From Thermoanaerobaculia bacterium (GTDB taxonomy: Bacteria; Acidobacteriota; Thermoanaerobaculia; UBA5066): a stretch of 64,000 nt of DNA. Location: contig JBGPDK010000001.1 in assembly GCA_041482235.1 (NCBI GenBank), positions 759-64,758 on the forward strand, in the 5' to 3' direction. This document shows positions 60,030-64,000 of the stretch, in pieces. Numbering within the stretch: position 1 is the first letter of the stretch; every line of letters begins with the position of its first letter. The notes under the pieces were generated by a model that did not search any database, was not told where the DNA came from, and saw nothing but the letters and a program-made list of their open reading frames with translations. Both the position numbers and the translations under genes were made by a program.

Positions 60030-61757
60030 TCACTTCCTCGGGGCGCTCTCCTCGCCGGCGAAGGCCGAAATGAAGACGGACTTCTGGAGATAGCTCGTGG
60101 AGTTCGTCACGTCGTCGCGGACGGCGATCGAGATCTTCTGGCCGCCCGGAATCATGATGAGCTTCACGTCGTAGATGAAGTCCTTCAGGGCGACGGCGTC
60201 GAATTTTTTCGCGTCGAGCTCGATCGGCACGGGCTGCGTCGTGAGCTCCGACTGCTTTCCCTCCGAGTCGATGACGACGAAGTAGAAGACCACGCGGCCG
60301 CGCACCTTCGAACCCTCGGGCAGCATGGCGAGGCGCGCATACGGGATCCGGATGACCACCGGCAGGGCGAAGTTCTCCCGGTCGGCCGGCACGGCCTTTC
60401 CGATTTCCAGCCCCACGGCGAGGGGATTGTCGTCGCGCGGAAAGAAGAGGGCCGAGGTGACCGCCTCACGGACCTTCGTCTCGACGCCCTTCTCGACGTA
60501 GCTGCGGCGCGCGCGCACGATGAGTCCTTTCTCTTTCTTCTTCAGCTTGACCTCAACCTTGTGGGGGCGGTCGAGGCCCGAGCGCACGCTCCGGTAGCCG
60601 ATCGAGTAGTACGAGGTGTAGTCCTTCTCGATGTTCTTGAGCGCCCCCAGAACGTCGTTCTTGTTCAGGATGGCTTCCCCGCCCGTTTCCTCGGCCATGA
60701 GGCTGAGCATCGACTGGAGGTTGTTTCGCTCCAGGAACGTGTCGATGCGCTGGGACTGCGTGCGGTTCTCGGCGGATACGTTCGAATCGACCGAAAGGCC
60801 CGACGCGTCGATCGCGTAGATCGACACGCCCGAAGCATTCGCCGCCTGGACGACGCCGAGATACCTGCTGGTCCGGTCGAACTCGAACTGAGAGGTGGAG
60901 TGCGCCGAGGCGTCGTGAAACCTGTCGGAGATGTACTGCCAGAGCTCGGCTCCCGGGGACTGGGGCAGCCCGTCGGACACGTGGAGGACGATCTTGCGGC
61001 CGTCCACGCCGGCGAGCTGGTTGATCGTCGTCTTCATCGCATCGAACGTAAACGACATGTCGTTGTCGAGCGACTGACAGTAGGACCGTACGCGGGCCGC
61101 GGCGCGGTCCGCCGTGGACGCGTCGTCGATCGCCTGAATCACGTCCCGTCGCTCGGAAAGGATCTGCTGGCCGAGGGCGCTCTCCTCCTCGATCTGCTTC
61201 AGGACGTCCGAGAGGTCGCGCCCGTCGTTCGTGAACTTCCTCCGGATCTTCAGGGAACGGTTCCAGACGACGATCATGCCCTCGACGTTGTCCTTGACGT
61301 TGTCGCGGACGAACGCCTCGACGCTTCTCAGGACGCGGTTACGGCTGAACGGCGCGAGGTGGAGGTTGTCGATGAAGATGATGACGCGCGTCTTCGGCGC
61401 CGCGAGGGCGGCCGGCGCCGCCGGGGCGGGGGCCGGAGCGGCGGCGGGCGCCGGCGGAGCCTCGTCCGCCGGCAGGACGAAGCGGCCCTGCTCGACCGCG
61501 GAGAAGTTCGTGACGACCTGCTCGAGCTTGTCCTCGATGACGATGAAGTCCTCTTTCTTCAGCCCCGTCACGCGGTTTCCCTTGCCGTCCGTCACGACGA
61601 CGTCGAGGTTCGTCACGGAGACCGTGTCCCGCGCGACGAATCCCGCCGCCGGCGCCTCGGGCTTCCCGGCGGGGACCTGGGGCGCGGCGGAGAGCCCGAG
61701 AAGCGCGGCACCGAGAAGAAGCACGGCCTTGAGAAGGGAAGCGGGACGAATCGACAT
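60030..61757 (-). CDS. secreted VWA-domain protein (Acidobacteria-type VWFA-related family)
   Basis: Signal peptide, a PAPA linker, vWA MIDAS-like TRVIIFIDNLHL...VLHVSDGLP, and a long beta-rich C-terminus. Confidence 0.8.
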   Translation of the reverse strand: MSIRPASLLKAVLLLGAALLGLSAAPQVPAGKPEAPAAGFVARDTVSVTNLDVVVTDGKGNRVTGLKKEDFIVIEDKLEQVVTNFSAVEQGRFVLPADEAPPAPAAAPAPAPAAPAALAAPKTRVIIFIDNLHLAPFSRNRVLRSVEAFVRDNVKDNVEGMIVVWNRSLKIRRKFTNDGRDLSDVLKQIEEESALGQQILSERRDVIQAIDDASTADRAAARVRSYCQSLDNDMSFTFDAMKTTINQLAGVDGRKIVLHVSDGLPQSPGAELWQYISDRFHDASAHSTSQFEFDRTSRYLGVVQAANASGVSIYAIDASGLSVDSNVSAENRTQSQRIDTFLERNNLQSMLSLMAEETGGEAILNKNDVLGALKNIEKDYTSYYSIGYRSVRSGLDRPHKVEVKLKKKEKGLIVRARRSYVEKGVETKVREAVTSALFFPRDDNPLAVGLEIGKAVPADRENFALPVVIRIPYARLAMLPEGSKVRGRVVFYFVVIDSEGKQSELTTQPVPIELDAKKFDAVALKDFIYDVKLIMIPGGQKISIAVRDDVTNSTSYLQKSVFISAFAGEESAPRK

Positions 61758-61797
61758 GCGGGGATTGTACGGGTGGCGCGGATAGAATCCTGCTCCG

Positions 61798-62376
61798 ATG
61801 CCGTTTCACGTCCGCCGCCACCTCACCGCGGGCCTTCTCGTGCTCGTGCCGGTCGTCGTCACCGTGGCCGTCGTCCGCTTCGTCTTCAACCTGATCGACG
61901 ACGCCAGCCAGCCCCTTGCCGAGCGCCTCGTCGGCCGGGTGATCCCGGGCCTGGGGCTCGTGCTGACGATCTTCGTCATTTGGCTCACGGGCCTCCTTTC
62001 GACGAACTTCCTCGGGAAGAAACTCCTTGAACTTTTCAGCCGTCTCTTGGAGAATCTCCCCCTCGTCAAGACGGTCTATACCGCCTCGAAGCAACTCGTC
62101 GAGGCTGTGTCGCCGGGCGGTCGTCGCGCCTTTCAGCGAGTCGTCCTTGTCGAATTTCCTCAGAAAGGGACCTTTGCGTTGGGATTCGTGACAGGGAACG
62201 GCATCGGCGCACTCGAAACCGGAACGCTTTCGATCTATGTTCCGACGGCCCTGAACCCCACCAGCGGATTCCTGATATTTGCGAAGGAAAGCGATATCCT
62301 CGACCCCCTCCTCACGGTGGAGGAGGGGATCAAGCTCGTCGTGTCGGGCGGGGTCGTGAGGCCGCATGGGAACTAA
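61798..62376 (+). CDS. DUF502 domain membrane protein
   Basis: Two N-terminal TM helices and a DUF502 core (VKTVYTASKQLVEA...VLVEFPQKGTFALGFVTG). Confidence 0.8.
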   Translation: MPFHVRRHLTAGLLVLVPVVVTVAVVRFVFNLIDDASQPLAERLVGRVIPGLGLVLTIFVIWLTGLLSTNFLGKKLLELFSRLLENLPLVKTVYTASKQLVEAVSPGGRRAFQRVVLVEFPQKGTFALGFVTGNGIGALETGTLSIYVPTALNPTSGFLIFAKESDILDPLLTVEEGIKLVVSGGVVRPHGN

Positions 62377-62454
62377 GAGCGTTCCCGGGCGGTCCAACGA
62401 AAAGGGCCGGCCCGGAACGCGAAGCGGCGAGAGGCCGAAAGGAGTGGACGGTCG

Positions 62455-63351
62455 ATGACGGGAAATCTCACCGGCAGAGGAAAAACGGTTCGGCGGATCG
62501 CCGCGGCCGGCCTCGCCGTGCTGTCGCTCGGCGTCGCCGGCTGCGACAAGTTCAGGAGCAAGCAGCTCATCCGCGAGGGGAACGCCTACTTCAAGGAGCA
62601 GCTCTACGAGGACGCCCTGAAGAAGTACGAAGCGGCGCAGTCGCTCGACCCGACCGAGGTTCGCCTCGACAAGTTCGTCGCGATGGGCTACATGGCCATC
62701 TATAACCCCGGCTCGACGCACCCGAAGGACCTCGAGGCGCTGAACCGGTCCATCGAGCACTTCAAGAAGTACCTCGCCGCCCGGCCGGAGGACGACAAGG
62801 CCGCGAGGTTCCTCGTCACGACGTACATGAACGCCCAGAAATACGACGAGGCGATCAAGTACTTCAAGGAGCTCGTCCTGAAGAAGCCGCAGGACTCGCA
62901 GGCCGTCCAGACGATCGCAATGCTGTACGCGAAGCAGGGCGACTACGAGAACTCCATCGAGTGGCAGAAGAAGCGCGGCGTGCTCGAGCCGAACAACTCC
63001 GAAGTTTTCTACACGATGGGCGTCACGGCGTGGGACAAGTCCTACAACACCGTGGGCGTCGACATCTCGCCCGAGAAAGGCCTCACGCCCGAAAAGCGGA
63101 AGGAGATCCTGGATTTCGGAATGGCGCAGCTCGACAAGGCCATCCAGCTGAATCCCGACTATTTCGAGGCCATGCTCTACAAGAATCTCCTCTACCGGCA
63201 GTATGTGCGGATCGAGCCCGAGCCCGCTAAAGTGGCGGAGTTGAACGCCAAGGCGACCGAGTGGCAGCAAAAGGCGCTTGAGATCCGCAAGAAGATGCAG
63301 GACAAGCAGCGCGCCGAGCAAGCCAAGAAGAACCCGCTCGAGGCGATGTAG
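62455..63351 (+). CDS. TPR-repeat lipoprotein
   Basis: Lipobox LGVAGC and several TPRs. Lys-rich. Confidence 0.75.
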   Translation: MTGNLTGRGKTVRRIAAAGLAVLSLGVAGCDKFRSKQLIREGNAYFKEQLYEDALKKYEAAQSLDPTEVRLDKFVAMGYMAIYNPGSTHPKDLEALNRSIEHFKKYLAARPEDDKAARFLVTTYMNAQKYDEAIKYFKELVLKKPQDSQAVQTIAMLYAKQGDYENSIEWQKKRGVLEPNNSEVFYTMGVTAWDKSYNTVGVDISPEKGLTPEKRKEILDFGMAQLDKAIQLNPDYFEAMLYKNLLYRQYVRIEPEPAKVAELNAKATEWQQKALEIRKKMQDKQRAEQAKKNPLEAM

Positions 63352-63369
63352 GGAGCAGGAGAGTACGCA

Positions 63370-64000
63370 TGTTCGAAGCCTCGCTCATCGAGTCCGGGAA
63401 GCACAAGGGGACCCAGCGCTGGTACACGCTGCCGCTCTCGTTCCTGATCCACGTCGTCGTGGTCGGGTCGGCGGTCGGCCTCTCGATGTGGTTCATCGAG
63501 GACATTCCCGAGCCTCCGATCCCGGTGCAGTTCTACTCTCAGGCCGCTCCGCCGCCGCCCCCGCCCCCCCCGCCGGCGAAGGCCGCGGCCCCGAAAACGG
63601 TGCAGAAGATCGAGCCCGTCAAGCCGAGCCAGATCACCTCGCCGGTCGTGGTTCCGGACACCCTTCCGGCCCCGGTGAGCGCGCCCGAGCCGGACAACTC
63701 CGGCGTGGAGGGCGGCGTGGAAGGCGGCGTGGAGGGCGGCGTCGCGGGCGGCGTCATGGGCGGTGTTCTCGGCGGCGTGAAGGGCGGAATGCTCGGGGAT
63801 AAAGGCGAGGAGCCCCTCCGGGTCGGCGGCGAGGTCAAGGAGCCCATCGAGATTTCGCGCGTGAAGCCTCAGTATCCCGAGGCGGCCCGCAAAGCACGCA
63901 TGCAGGGTGTCTGCATCCTCGAGGCCATCATCACGAAATCGGGAGACGTCGACTCCGTCCGCATCCTCCGAGGCCTCAATCCGCTCCTCGACAACGCCGC
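63370..64000 (+). CDS. tonB: energy transducer TonB (partial, 3' end beyond window)
   Basis: N-terminal TM anchor, P-rich spacer, GGV(E/M/L)GG repeats, and the beginning of the TonB C-terminal domain (VKPQYPEAARKARMQGVCILE). Confidence 0.8.

Noticed and set aside
59682-62030. 782-aa plus-strand ORF opposite the DUF2064 and VWA genes
   Set aside because: It has R/G/D-rich low-complexity composition and is antisense to genes with clear domain signatures.

Overview
This is a ~70% GC, gene-dense bacterial chromosomal segment. Several features point to Acidobacteria: an Acidobacteria-type VWFA protein, a TonB with GGV repeats, a CarD/CdnL regulator, and a lipid-poor PHI-1-like secreted protein. 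Because GC is high, nearly every real gene has a long arginine/proline/glycine-rich antisense shadow ORF, which I ignored. I see no rRNA, CRISPR array, transposase or integrase.

Gene content, 5' to 3':
- A small Thr-rich lipoprotein with its own promoter and terminator, then a secreted hypothetical protein.
- A HAD-like hydrolase fused to a DUF309 domain.
- A polysaccharide-modification cluster on the minus strand: an 854-aa tandem-duplicated GT1/GT4 glycosyltransferase, a second GT1, and a coiled-coil SAM methyltransferase.
- An AI-2E transporter, then queG, a NUDIX hydrolase and a CNNM/CorC gene coupled by ATGA overlaps.
- trmB, pgsA, a phosphohexomutase, a secreted TPR protein, a di-haem cytochrome c peroxidase (MauG/CcpA-like), a TPR + AIM24-like protein, an SLT transglycosylase, alaS and pilT.
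- A PaoABC-like periplasmic molybdo-oxidoreductase cluster: Tat-signal 2Fe-2S subunit, Mo large subunit, FAD subunit, a small Cys-rich ORF, mocA and xdhC.
- ilvE, then a minus-strand array rsmE-prmA-dnaJ-dnaK-grpE-hrcA.
- A divergent MglA-like GTPase with a long C-terminal extension, mltD, comM/yifB, an M23 peptidase, secA, guaB, a SAM methyltransferase, a TlpA-like thioredoxin, rarA, two TPR/coiled-coil secreted proteins and carD.
- A small secreted Cys protein, tRNA-Leu(CAA), a VanZ-like protein, an MgtE-N/CBS cytosolic protein coupled to an NRAMP transporter, an OMP beta-barrel, a PHI-1/EXORDIUM-like secreted protein, tsaE, nnr, a DUF2064 protein, an Acidobacteria-type VWA protein, a DUF502 protein, a TPR lipoprotein and a partial tonB.

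The most unusual signals are three:
1. A REP/MITE-like nested-palindrome element inserted in-frame into mocA, with a second copy upstream of secA.
2. A family of short AT-rich repeats (TTCTTAGAAGG-type and ATTCTCTGAAAGTGAAGAG-type). Identical 18-19-mers occur in unrelated genes, at convergent gene ends, and in-frame inside conserved genes (alaS, rsmE, the xdh large subunit).
3. At least five genes whose conserved N-termini can only start at CTG codons, two of them with CTGA stop/start overlaps.
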